In this document: piece by piece, positions 48,018 to 57,149 of the stretch
Layout: the number at the start of each line of letters is the position of its first letter
Numbering within the stretch: the first letter of the stretch is position 1
Assembly: GCA_963668625.2 (NCBI GenBank)
Contig: CAXXKA010000006.1
Coordinates: 544,001 to 608,000, forward strand
Reading direction: 5' to 3'
Source of the DNA: an uncultured candidate division Zixibacteria bacterium
GTDB taxonomy: Bacteria; Zixibacteria; MSB-5A5; UBA10806; 4484-95
Length of the DNA stretch: 64,000 nucleotides
Notes under the pieces: model-generated
Seen by the model: only the letters and a program-made list of their open reading frames with translations
What the model was told of the DNA's origin: nothing
Database searches by the model: none
Made by a program: the position numbers and the translations under genes

Positions 48018-49619
48018 ATGCGCTATATCCTTATCTACTTGTTTTTATTGAACATTTTTATAGCTCATGATAACGGTCAATTGTTAAGAATCGAAACGAT
48101 CCTGGATTTGTCCGCGCCCGGCGGCGTAGATAATGAATGCACTATTATGATAATAAGCGGCCGGGCTACTGATGATGGCCGGCCTATTCTTTGGAAAAAC
48201 CGCGATGTCACCGAGCCGGATCAGCGTTACCTGTATATCGAACCTATGGATTATCACGGGCAGTCTACGTATGGATTCACCGGTAATTTCTATACCTCCG
48301 ATTCGACCCGTTGTTTCATGGGAGTTAATGAAACGGGATTTGCAATAATCAACGCCAATTGCTATAACCTCCCGGACTCGCGTATCGATGGAATCGATGA
48401 TGGCGATTTGATGACCCTTGCCTTGAAATGGTGTTCTGCCATCGAGGATTGGGAGCATATCCTCGAGACCAGCGGAATTTATGGCAGGCGCGATTGCTGG
48501 TTATTCGGTGTAATCGACAGTTCGGGCGCGGCCAGGCTTTATGAGTGCGGCAATACGAGCTATACGGTATATGATGCCAACAATTTCATTCATGCTCCGG
48601 ATGGCTACCTGTTACGATCGGTGTTCGCTTTATCGGGATCCGAACCATCCAGGGGTGTTCCCCGCTACGAGCGAGCGAAACATCTGCTGGAATACTATAC
48701 CGAAAATAATTACCTTAACGTAAAATATATACTCCAGAAATTAGCCCGAGATTTTTCGTTAGGTTCCGACAACGAATACTCGCACAACGATCCCTATCCG
48801 CTGCCATATTATGGACATCAGGACACACTACCTGCAGGATGTGTGATTACCGAGGAAACCATTAATCGTTATAAGACCCGTTCGTGTTCGGTTATACGAG
48901 GAGTTCTTCAGGATGAGAATCCTCGTCTGGCAACGATGTATGCTATTCTGGGACAACCTGTTTTATCGATGGCGGTGCCACTCTGGGTAGGCTCTGAATA
49001 TGTGCCGTTTTGTTTACGAGGCAATGAACAGGCTCCCTGGTATTCGCTTATCTCGCAAAGGATGAACGATATATATCCATTTGATAGCGACAATGGGGAT
49101 GTGATAATGAATTCTCATTACCTTCTCGATTCATTAGGGCAAGGCGTATATTCCTGGTCGCTCGAACTGGAAGAATGGGGGCTATCCGAGGCCGAAACTA
49201 AACTGAATGCCTGGCGTGAGTCTGAATTCAGCGCACTTGATATTCGGCAGGGAGAGATAGAGATAGTGAATGAGCTATGGAATGGATTTGTTGCTCAGGG
49301 AGATATTTTATTTTCGGGATTGGATGATAACAATGAATTGCCCGAATTAATTGAAGCAAATAATTATCCTAATCCGTTTAACCTGAAAACCGTAATATCA
49401 TTCACATTAGCCGGAAACTCCGATGTCAATCTCGAGGTGTATGATATTCTTGGACGCAAAGTCAGGGATCTGATAAACACCCGCCTGGAGTCTGGTAGTC
49501 ATAAGGTTATATGGGATGGCATGAACGAAAAAGGCGAGGTTGTTTCTACCGGTGTTTATTTCTATCGTCTAACATACGGCGATAAACAAGAAATAAAGCC
49601 TATGACGCTTTTGAAGTAA
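48018..49619 (+). CDS. Secreted Ntn-hydrolase (C45-like) with T9SS-type C-terminal domain
   Basis: CT nucleophile followed by T.DGRPILWKNRD and MGVNETG; NYPNPFN tail. Confidence 0.78.
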   Translation: MRYILIYLFLLNIFIAHDNGQLLRIETILDLSAPGGVDNECTIMIISGRATDDGRPILWKNRDVTEPDQRYLYIEPMDYHGQSTYGFTGNFYTSDSTRCFMGVNETGFAIINANCYNLPDSRIDGIDDGDLMTLALKWCSAIEDWEHILETSGIYGRRDCWLFGVIDSSGAARLYECGNTSYTVYDANNFIHAPDGYLLRSVFALSGSEPSRGVPRYERAKHLLEYYTENNYLNVKYILQKLARDFSLGSDNEYSHNDPYPLPYYGHQDTLPAGCVITEETINRYKTRSCSVIRGVLQDENPRLATMYAILGQPVLSMAVPLWVGSEYVPFCLRGNEQAPWYSLISQRMNDIYPFDSDNGDVIMNSHYLLDSLGQGVYSWSLELEEWGLSEAETKLNAWRESEFSALDIRQGEIEIVNELWNGFVAQGDILFSGLDDNNELPELIEANNYPNPFNLKTVISFTLAGNSDVNLEVYDILGRKVRDLINTRLESGSHKVIWDGMNEKGEVVSTGVYFYRLTYGDKQEIKPMTLLK

Positions 49620-49645
49620 TAGTTTTTCTATATATAGTATTGTTG

Positions 49646-49670
49646 AAGCCTCGCCGACGCGGGGCTTTTT
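49646..49670 (+). terminator. Rho-independent terminator
   Basis: AAGCCTCGC-CGAC-GCGGGGCTT plus T tract. Confidence 0.7.
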
Positions 49671-49892
49671 GTGTATGATATACATGGTCTGGATATTTTT
49701 CGCAGACTATAGGATATTCCCCATACATTCTTTATTTAGTCCAATAATTACAATACAAATCTCCTTAACATTAAAAACAATGCCCCGTTGATGGCTTTAT
49801 AACTCGTTAATATATTGTCGCTTACAGTTTGTATTAATAGGCCTCGGGATGGCATTACTATTGCTAAATACAGGGGTATGATGAAAGGATTA

Positions 49893-50390
49893 ATGAAAAA
49901 TAAAGGACATGTGATAGTGAAACTTCTGGTTTCGCTGATTTCTGTTTCGGCGATTTGTACGGCCTTTTTGAATGTGCAACTTAACGCTCGCCAGCAGGTC
50001 TATTACGAGGATTTATCCAGTTTGATGTCGATGCAGGCGCGATCCGCATTTGACCGTCTGAGTTACCACGTGAAGCTAGCCGGATACGCTAATACCGATT
50101 ACAAAAAGCCATTGGAGATTATCGAGGGTTCGGAATCGGATACTTTGAGAGTCTGGCATAATGATGTTGAAATAATCTTTTATGTGGACCGTAATTTAGA
50201 TGCTGGCACATTATGCGAACAGATTGATGGTGCAGATCGGGAAATCGTAAATGGTGTGAAATCGCTAAGAATCGAGCGTCCCAAGTATGACCTGATAACC
50301 GTAGAGATGGAGTTATCGCAAAGCGATAAAAACGAATCGAATAAGATCGTATCCCGAAGCTATTCTACGTCAATCAGGCTTGATAATTAA
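49893..50390 (+). CDS. PilW/GspJ-like minor pilin with atypical N-terminus
   Basis: MKNKG-HVIVKLLVSLIS hydrophobic helix, 'VKLAGY' motif, adjacent to a pilin gene; start uncertain (49878-49893). Confidence 0.55.
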   Translation: MKNKGHVIVKLLVSLISVSAICTAFLNVQLNARQQVYYEDLSSLMSMQARSAFDRLSYHVKLAGYANTDYKKPLEIIEGSESDTLRVWHNDVEIIFYVDRNLDAGTLCEQIDGADREIVNGVKSLRIERPKYDLITVEMELSQSDKNESNKIVSRSYSTSIRLDN

Positions 50391-50435
50391 ATAATAAAGA
50401 AAGCATAAAATCGAAAGATAAGACAGAGGTGAGAT

Positions 50436-50924
50436 ATGAAAAATAAACTAAATAACAATGCGGGTTTTACATTAATCGAGGCGATGATTGTAGTCGTGAT
50501 TATTGGCATATTCGCATCAATGGCAGGCCCTTCATTTACCAACTACATCCCCAAGATGAAACTTCGCGCGGATGCCAGGGAGAAGACCAATTACCTCCGT
50601 CAAGCAAGGAGTCGGGCGATATCTGAAAATAGCCAGTACGGGGTATATTTTGATGACGGCTCGCATGAAATAGTGTTTTTTAAAGACCTGGTTAATCCGG
50701 AAATGGCAACTTACGATGAAGGTGGCGATTCTTTAGTAATCGATCCAGTTGCCTGCGAAACGAATGTGATATTTAACAATAATACATTTACTAATGGTGC
50801 GGTGGTGTTTTTCTCAAACGGCTCGGCCTCATCCTCGGGGCAAATCGATCTGGAAGATTCCGAAACAGGTGATAGTTTCACTATAGATGTGTTAGCCTCG
50901 ACCGGCCGAATAAAACTTCGATAG
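50436..50924 (+). CDS. FimT/GspH-like minor pilin
   Basis: Class III signal G-FTLIE, ARSRAI motif, terminal TGRIK. Confidence 0.85.
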   Translation: MKNKLNNNAGFTLIEAMIVVVIIGIFASMAGPSFTNYIPKMKLRADAREKTNYLRQARSRAISENSQYGVYFDDGSHEIVFFKDLVNPEMATYDEGGDSLVIDPVACETNVIFNNNTFTNGAVVFFSNGSASSSGQIDLEDSETGDSFTIDVLASTGRIKLR

Positions 50925-50946
50925 CCTTTTAAAAATCCAAACATCG

Positions 50947-50977
50947 AGCGGAGCTTAATGATTAAGCTCCGCTTTTT
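50947..50977 (+). terminator. Rho-independent terminator
   Basis: AGCGGAGCTTAAT-G-ATTAAGCTCCGCT plus T tract. Confidence 0.75.
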
Positions 50978-51113
50978 GGTTGATATATTCAGCATTATAT
51001 GCAATCTTTTTACATCTTTTAATATTTGCGTTTTTTTTCAGTTAAATTGTTAACTTTCTAAAATGATAGACGATAATAACTTTGACGATGATAACTCACG
51101 GTATTAATTTTTC

Positions 51114-51142
51114 TTGACACTAAATATGGGTTATCATAGAAT
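51114..51142 (+). promoter_or_regulatory. Sigma70 promoter of the pilM operon
   Basis: TTGACA-N17-TAGAAT. Confidence 0.6.
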
Positions 51143-51185
51143 TGCACAGATTTATACTAAATAACGGGAAACAAAAGAGGCATTT

Positions 51186-52235
51186 ATGGCCTTTGGCAAA
51201 AAAACGAAGCTGGTGGTTGGCCTTGATATAGGAGCTAACTCTATTAAGCTTGTGAAGCTAAAACGAAAAACAGATAGCTTCCTGCTTAAAGCTCTTGCTA
51301 TAAAAGAGCTGCCGCTAGGTGTAATTACCGATGAAGAATTCAAGGATAGGGATGCAATCATTTTCGACATCCAGAGTTTGATTGATCAGACCGATCCGAA
51401 GATCAAAGAAGTAGCTGTCTCGATTTCGGGGCATGGTGTTATTACCGATAAGATCGTAATGGATAGGAAATCGGGCGCCGAGGCAGAGCAGGCTATTTTG
51501 TTCGAGACCGAGCAGAGAGCTCCTTTCGATGTCGAGGACGTCACTCTCGACTACCATATCATACGCGAGGATGAGGAGACTAACAAGATGGAGGTTCTGA
51601 TCGTGGCGGCACGAAACGAATTCCTGAAAAGTTTTCTTGATATTCTCATGGATGCCGGTTTGAAACCGGTGCTGGTTGATACTGACGCATTCGCTATATT
51701 GAATGCTTATACGATCAATTATGATATCGATCCCACGAGGGTAACAGCTCTGATTGATCTTGGTTTCGATGTAACGAATATTACATTCTTAAAAGATGGT
51801 TTATACCATTCTACTCGTGATGTTTCAAACGGTACTCGTTTGATTTTCGATGCCATATCCAAGGAGTTCCGCCTCAATCAGGAGATGACCGGCAAGGCTC
51901 TTCGGGGGGAGATGGACAGCTCGATTGACCAGGATATGTTCAAAGCCACGATCGTGACGGCCTCCGAGGAATTGATAGCCGGGCTTGAGGTGGCTATCTC
52001 CTATTTCAAGAACTCCTCGGGCGTTGATAAAATCGATTGGATCGTACTTTCCGGCGGCGGCGCTCTGGTGCCGTTCTTACCGGAACTGTTACAAACAAAA
52101 TTGAGCATCCCGATCGAGATTTGCAATCCGCTGAGGAATATCGAGTACGATCCTGATATGTTCGTGGAATTCCAACCGGAGAAAGTCGCTCCGCTGTTGG
52201 CTGTACCCGTAGGTTTGGCGGCCAGAGGATTATAA
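51186..52235 (+). CDS. pilM: Type IV pilus assembly protein PilM
   Basis: VGLDIG..SIK, IDLG, LSGGGA, GLAAR actin-like motifs; first gene of the operon. Confidence 0.92.
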   Translation: MAFGKKTKLVVGLDIGANSIKLVKLKRKTDSFLLKALAIKELPLGVITDEEFKDRDAIIFDIQSLIDQTDPKIKEVAVSISGHGVITDKIVMDRKSGAEAEQAILFETEQRAPFDVEDVTLDYHIIREDEETNKMEVLIVAARNEFLKSFLDILMDAGLKPVLVDTDAFAILNAYTINYDIDPTRVTALIDLGFDVTNITFLKDGLYHSTRDVSNGTRLIFDAISKEFRLNQEMTGKALRGEMDSSIDQDMFKATIVTASEELIAGLEVAISYFKNSSGVDKIDWIVLSGGGALVPFLPELLQTKLSIPIEICNPLRNIEYDPDMFVEFQPEKVAPLLAVPVGLAARGL

Positions 52236-52237
52236 TC

Positions 52238-52912
52238 ATGATAAAAATTAATCTATTACCGAAAGAATACCAGAAGAAAAGATTCAGTATCGCCCTGGAA
52301 AAAAATTCACTTTACGTGATTGGCGGTGGTATTTCACTACTGATTCTTTTATTCGCTTATTCGATGTTTTTCCAGATTATTCCGGCCGGCTCGTTGGATA
52401 AGAAAATCGCGGATGCGCGTAAAGAGGCGGCCAACTACGATTCCGAGATAAAGTTGGTGAATCAGCTCAATGCTCAGAAAGATTTGATCCTTACGCGTAT
52501 GGAAACAATCAGGCGTCTCGATCGTAATCGTGAAGCCTGGGTTAAAACCATCAGCGACCTGGGATCACGACTTACCGATTATCTCTGGTTAACGCGGTTT
52601 GGCGTTTCCGGCGGCAGTGATAAAGGTGGCGCCGGTCAGGCTTCGGCAGGAGTGACCGTAATAGAGGGACAATCGTTTTCGATCAATAGCCTGGCAACAT
52701 TTATTATCAGGCTGAAAAGATCGCCGCATCTTAATAATGTGAATTTAGTTTCGGTTCTGCTCGAAGAAGATCAAGCGGAAGGCGAAGGAGCCGAGCCTTA
52801 CGAGGCTTACCATTTCGTGATAAATTGTGAGTTGGTACTGGAGGGCATGGATGCTGTCCAGAAAGATAGTAAAGCATCAGCCGATAAGCTGGCTGCCGGG
52901 TCTGAATTTTAA
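52238..52912 (+). CDS. pilN: Type IV pilus assembly protein PilN
   Basis: MIKINLLP motif, TM helix, coiled coil, LWLT. Confidence 0.9.
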   Translation: MIKINLLPKEYQKKRFSIALEKNSLYVIGGGISLLILLFAYSMFFQIIPAGSLDKKIADARKEAANYDSEIKLVNQLNAQKDLILTRMETIRRLDRNREAWVKTISDLGSRLTDYLWLTRFGVSGGSDKGGAGQASAGVTVIEGQSFSINSLATFIIRLKRSPHLNNVNLVSVLLEEDQAEGEGAEPYEAYHFVINCELVLEGMDAVQKDSKASADKLAAGSEF

Positions 52913-52953
52913 TATAATCTCACCTGGTCCAAGAATCCTGTGGGAGGGGATGT

Positions 52954-53571
52954 ATGGATTTTAGAGACCCTAAAAATCAAGTTTTAGTTTTGATTGTTTT
53001 CGTCTTCTTAGCGTTGATATATGTATGGTATTCTCAACTCTATACTCCATACTCTGAACAACTGGTTCAGAAGAAAACTCAATACCAGAAATTATCCTCC
53101 GACCTCTTCGCAGTCCGTCAAAAAGCCGAAAGCTTAGAGGGTTTGCAGAGAGATGTTGAATTGCAGCGGGCTAGATACGAAAAGGTAAAGCTCTGGCTGC
53201 CCGAGGTAAAAGAGGACGAAGCATTTCTTCATCAAATACACATGGCCGAGCAGAGCACTAATTCAGCGATAATCAACATTGCTCCGCAAACGCCGACACC
53301 GCACGAATTTTATACCGCGAACACTTATGTTATCGAACTCGAGTCGACTTATAATGGCTTGGGCAAGTTCTTCGAGAAAGTCGTGAATTTCCCGTTTATC
53401 GTGAACATATCGGATGTCACATTGCTTTCTCGTGCCGAAAGGATGAATAAGGGTGGTAATCTGGGCGAGAGAAAGCGCAGTGACCTGGTAGTGGTCGCGA
53501 CATTCAAATTGACTACATATAATACTCAACCCGCCGATTTGGTACAAAATACAGGAGGTCAAACGAAATGA
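52954..53571 (+). CDS. pilO: Type IV pilus assembly protein PilO
   Basis: TM, coiled coil, LP, 'Y..LG.FF..V' motif; gene order. Confidence 0.85.
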   Translation: MDFRDPKNQVLVLIVFVFLALIYVWYSQLYTPYSEQLVQKKTQYQKLSSDLFAVRQKAESLEGLQRDVELQRARYEKVKLWLPEVKEDEAFLHQIHMAEQSTNSAIINIAPQTPTPHEFYTANTYVIELESTYNGLGKFFEKVVNFPFIVNISDVTLLSRAERMNKGGNLGERKRSDLVVVATFKLTTYNTQPADLVQNTGGQTK

Positions 53572-54413
53572 GGTTTTTAATTGGTTTGGCCGTCGTCCTT
53601 ATGAGCTTCAATGTAAGCCTGGCGGATATATTTCTAGATGATATCTCTGTCAGTAAACAGGGCGATTCGGTATCGATCGATATCAAAACAACCAAACCCT
53701 GTTTATACGAGCATTTCATGATAAAGGATGCTCCGGAGAAAATTGTTATAGACTTGCAGGGAACGACCAACAATTGGTCGAGGAAACGTTTCGAGGGATT
53801 ACCGTTTAAATCCATCGAGAAAATCAGGACGAGTCAGTTTCAGGTTAAACCCGCTTTAGTAACGAGGGTCGTGCTCGATATCAATCGCGCTATCGGTTAC
53901 AGGGTGGAGGAATTACCGATGGGAGTCAGGATAAAGATACCTGCCTCGAAAGATGAAACCGGATTTGCCCAATGGAATACTAACCAGAAAGTGCAACCGG
54001 TGAAGGTGGTCAATAAACCTAAACCCAAATCATCTCCGAAAAAACAATCAGCCGCCGGGCCAAAAAAGAGTTTGACCAAGGTTGATGATTTTCCGAAACG
54101 TAAGACTGTTAAATACAAACCGCTAACCTCCCGCGATCCGTTTAAAACCCTCGTCGGGAAGGGCGCGACGATAATGACCGGGCAGGTGCCATCGGTGGAA
54201 AACCTCGCTCTCGTGGGCGTATTCGATGATGATACCGGCTCCAAGGCTTTATTCGAGGACGCTGAAGGTAACGGTTTTATTCTAAAACCTAACGATCGTG
54301 TGCAGAACGGCTTTTTAGTGTCGATATATAAAGATAAAGCGATTTTCCAGATTACGGAATACGGCTGGACTAGAACTGTCGCTTTAAATTTGCAAATGCC
54401 AGAGTTAAAATAA
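53568..54413 (+). CDS. pilP: AMIN domain fused to a PilP-like domain
   Basis: P.KIVIDL and TRVVLD (AMIN); Lys/Pro linker; RDPF and LVGVF..ALFED.EG.GFILK (PilP-like); located between pilO and pilQ. Confidence 0.65.
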   Translation: MRFLIGLAVVLMSFNVSLADIFLDDISVSKQGDSVSIDIKTTKPCLYEHFMIKDAPEKIVIDLQGTTNNWSRKRFEGLPFKSIEKIRTSQFQVKPALVTRVVLDINRAIGYRVEELPMGVRIKIPASKDETGFAQWNTNQKVQPVKVVNKPKPKSSPKKQSAAGPKKSLTKVDDFPKRKTVKYKPLTSRDPFKTLVGKGATIMTGQVPSVENLALVGVFDDDTGSKALFEDAEGNGFILKPNDRVQNGFLVSIYKDKAIFQITEYGWTRTVALNLQMPELK

Positions 54414-54426
54414 GGAGATTAAGCGC

Positions 54427-55776
54427 ATGAAAAATATTAGGGTGATAACAGCATTTATCTCAGCCGTAGCAATGGCGGCGTTGATCCTCTCCGGCGGCGG
54501 GATCCTATTCAGCCAGGAGATGGAGATGGGAGATGAGCAGAAAGTTGAAGAGCAGCGCCTGATCAAAACTCTATCTTTGACAAGCGCCGATATCCGTTCG
54601 GTCATGATGTATCTTTCGGCTTACAGCGATATCAATATCGTGGTTTCGCCAAAAGTTGATGCCGAAATAACCATGAATCTCGCTAACGTGACCTGGCGTC
54701 AAGCGCTCAATATTATCAACGATACATATGGTTTGGTAAGTGTAGAGGAAAACAACTATATCAGGGTAGTAAACGCCGGCGACTATTACGCGGAGAAACG
54801 GGCTTTAGAGCAATATAACTCCGAACAGGCGGCATTGAAAAATCTTCGCACGAGAATCGTCGGAGTAAAATATAACGTAGCCGCTGAAATATCAGAGGCC
54901 GTGGCAGGATTGATTTCACCCAGAGGTTCGGTGACCGTGGATGAGCGTACTAACGCTCTTATATTACGAGATCTGCCCGATAATCTCGACCGTGTTGAGG
55001 AACTGATTCAGGTGCTCGATAAAGAGACCAGGCAGATAAAAATCTCAGCCCAGCTTCTCGAGATCGAAAGCAGAACGCTGCGTGAGATCGGCGTTGACTG
55101 GCGCGTGCTAAACGGTACCGGTACTACATTATATGATCCTTTAGCTACCGGTGACGAGCCCACACCTTCCGAGTATTGGCCTTTCGGTGACTATACACAG
55201 AATTCGTCCTCGCAGATGGCCTCCGATGCTATCGGCGATTTCTATTTTCACAGAAAAGAAGGCGACTATCTTTTGAGTGCCGCTCTAAAGATGGCCGAGT
55301 CGACCAATAAGGTAAAAGTTATCGCTCACCCGGAGGTTACCACCGTTGATAACGTGGAAGCTTTCATTCAGATGGGGCAGAAGATTCCGATCAAGCAATT
55401 CGATCCCTCGGGCAATACGATTATTACATTCTATGATGTCGGCGTACAGCTTCGTGTCACACCGCATGTTACCTCGGAAAACAGGATTCTGTTGAATCTT
55501 AAACCCGAGCGCAGTTCGTACCAGTACGATCCTAACGGTGTTATTATTAACACTCAGAATGCCGAAACGAATGTCGTGGTCGATAACGGCCAGACTACGG
55601 TAATCGCCGGCTTGACCAAACAGGAAGAGCTGACGTTACGCGTCGGTATCCCGCTACTCAAGGACGTACCGGTACTCGGTTACCTTTTCAGCTATGATAA
55701 GAAAGAAGTTCAGAGTAACGATCTGGTGATATTCGTTACGCCTACGATTGTCGATGAGCAAATGGCTGGATTTTAA
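54427..55776 (+). CDS. pilQ: Type IV pilus secretin PilQ (short, no AMIN domain)
   Basis: L.NV.W.QAL N0 domain, VDERTNALI, QIKISAQ, G..L.VTP, IP.L.DVP.LG.LF, LVIFVTP. Confidence 0.9.
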   Translation: MKNIRVITAFISAVAMAALILSGGGILFSQEMEMGDEQKVEEQRLIKTLSLTSADIRSVMMYLSAYSDINIVVSPKVDAEITMNLANVTWRQALNIINDTYGLVSVEENNYIRVVNAGDYYAEKRALEQYNSEQAALKNLRTRIVGVKYNVAAEISEAVAGLISPRGSVTVDERTNALILRDLPDNLDRVEELIQVLDKETRQIKISAQLLEIESRTLREIGVDWRVLNGTGTTLYDPLATGDEPTPSEYWPFGDYTQNSSSQMASDAIGDFYFHRKEGDYLLSAALKMAESTNKVKVIAHPEVTTVDNVEAFIQMGQKIPIKQFDPSGNTIITFYDVGVQLRVTPHVTSENRILLNLKPERSSYQYDPNGVIINTQNAETNVVVDNGQTTVIAGLTKQEELTLRVGIPLLKDVPVLGYLFSYDKKEVQSNDLVIFVTPTIVDEQMAGF

Positions 55777-55800
55777 GAGCAGTCTATAGAAGAATTTAGA

Positions 55801-55827
55801 AACCCCGGTTTTGCGCCGGGGTTTTTT
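55801..55827 (+). terminator. Rho-independent terminator
   Basis: AAACCCCGG-TTTGCG-CCGGGGTTT plus T tract. Confidence 0.75.
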
Positions 55828-55828
55828 A

Positions 55829-55960
55829 TTGGTACTAAAAGACACCGTTTTAACCGGTGTGTCCGTTTGAGGCGAAGCATTTGTAGAAAGTTTTATTATT
55901 AACAGCAACGATTGAGGCTCTAACTAGTGGCACTATTTTATATCTGTCCTTACCTTGTAG
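55829..55960 (-). mobile_element. Non-autonomous element B copy 3 (partial)
   Basis: Colinear with 2115-2246 (e.g. AGAAAGTTTTATTAT.AACAGC.ACGATTGAGG.TCTAACTAGTGGCACTAT). Confidence 0.6.
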
Positions 55961-56055
55961 GGGGTTGTTGATAAAGTCCTTGTTGGATGACGGTGGTGTC
56001 AGGAATCCATTCCTGACACCTGATTTCATGCAGCATGTCGCCGGGAAAGGATGAA
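55961..56055 (-). mobile_element. MITE A copy 4 (partial, inverted)
   Basis: Reverse complement matches 36684-36729 and 2357-2388; intact hairpin at 55995-56020. Confidence 0.75.
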
Positions 56056-56114
56056 TAAAAGCCTGAGGATACCTTCACGCTCCCTATGGTTTTCTGGATG
56101 ATTTCGACTGGATA

Positions 56115-57071
56115 CTAAATAAGAAAGTTGCCGTCTTTCATTAGCTGTTTGTCATCGAGCCAGAATGACGGATGTTTTATTATGCCATCCAGATGTGATT
56201 TAACCGATACGCTGCCGCCCATCGATTCATTATTGCCTATAGCCAGATGAATCGTGCCTTTTACTTTCTCATCCTCGAGTATAGAGCCGCAAAGTATGGC
56301 CTCGTGGTTAGTACCGATGCCGAATTCGGCTAAATTGTTAGCATCTTTGCCATGAGGTTCCAGCAATTTCATGAGTTGATCGGCTTTGTAACCCTCGTAT
56401 TTTATGGCATAACCATTCTTGAATGTAATGGTAAGCGGTTCCTCGGTGATACCGATACCGGCCATGGAACCATCCACGACCAATACACCGTTACCGCTAC
56501 CCTCGACCGGCGCTAAAAACACCTCACCGGCCGGCAGGTTGCCAAAATCGCCGGGATTGATAATCAGACCGTTATCATTGATCAGCTTTCTGCCGGTAAT
56601 TTCGAACGATATATCGGTTCCGGCGGTGGAGGTTATTTTCACCTGTTTGGCTTTGTCCAGGTGGCTTATCAGTTTTTTCCCAAGTTCATCTATCGTCTCA
56701 TAATCGGCGTTCATCGAACGCGTGAATGTTTCCTCGAGAATGCCGGGCAGCATGGTGGCAGCTCTTACTCCGGCCTCGCAGGCCTCGCGCCGGGCGGTGG
56801 TATGAGAGATAGACATAGTCATCGGGGCGATTATGGCATCGAATTTTTTCATGTACTCCGGCAGCGGATCCGGCGGCTCGGTACCGTGGGTTCCGGCTAT
56901 CGGAATTCGCACGAGCTGAACATTTGCGCCTGTCTCCTCGGCGGCATCGAATAAAGCCCAGGCTATAGATAGCTTATTGATATCGGTTATAATCAGGAAT
57001 TTTTCGCCTTTTCGGATATTCAGGCAGGCCAGGGTATTTCTCGCCGGCTCGATATATTTATGAGAGGGCAT
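56115..57071 (-). CDS. M29-family (thermophilic metalloprotease-like) aminopeptidase
   Basis: NLPAGEVF, AEFGIGTN, DEK..GTIHLAIG, SHLD. Confidence 0.88.
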   Translation of the reverse strand: MPSHKYIEPARNTLACLNIRKGEKFLIITDINKLSIAWALFDAAEETGANVQLVRIPIAGTHGTEPPDPLPEYMKKFDAIIAPMTMSISHTTARREACEAGVRAATMLPGILEETFTRSMNADYETIDELGKKLISHLDKAKQVKITSTAGTDISFEITGRKLINDNGLIINPGDFGNLPAGEVFLAPVEGSGNGVLVVDGSMAGIGITEEPLTITFKNGYAIKYEGYKADQLMKLLEPHGKDANNLAEFGIGTNHEAILCGSILEDEKVKGTIHLAIGNNESMGGSVSVKSHLDGIIKHPSFWLDDKQLMKDGNFLI

Positions 57072-57149
57072 AGGTATCTCCTTCGGATTTATTATTTATC
57101 GACTGTTTTGAATATAGAAAATATAGGCAAACGATTTTTGTTCCGTGTA

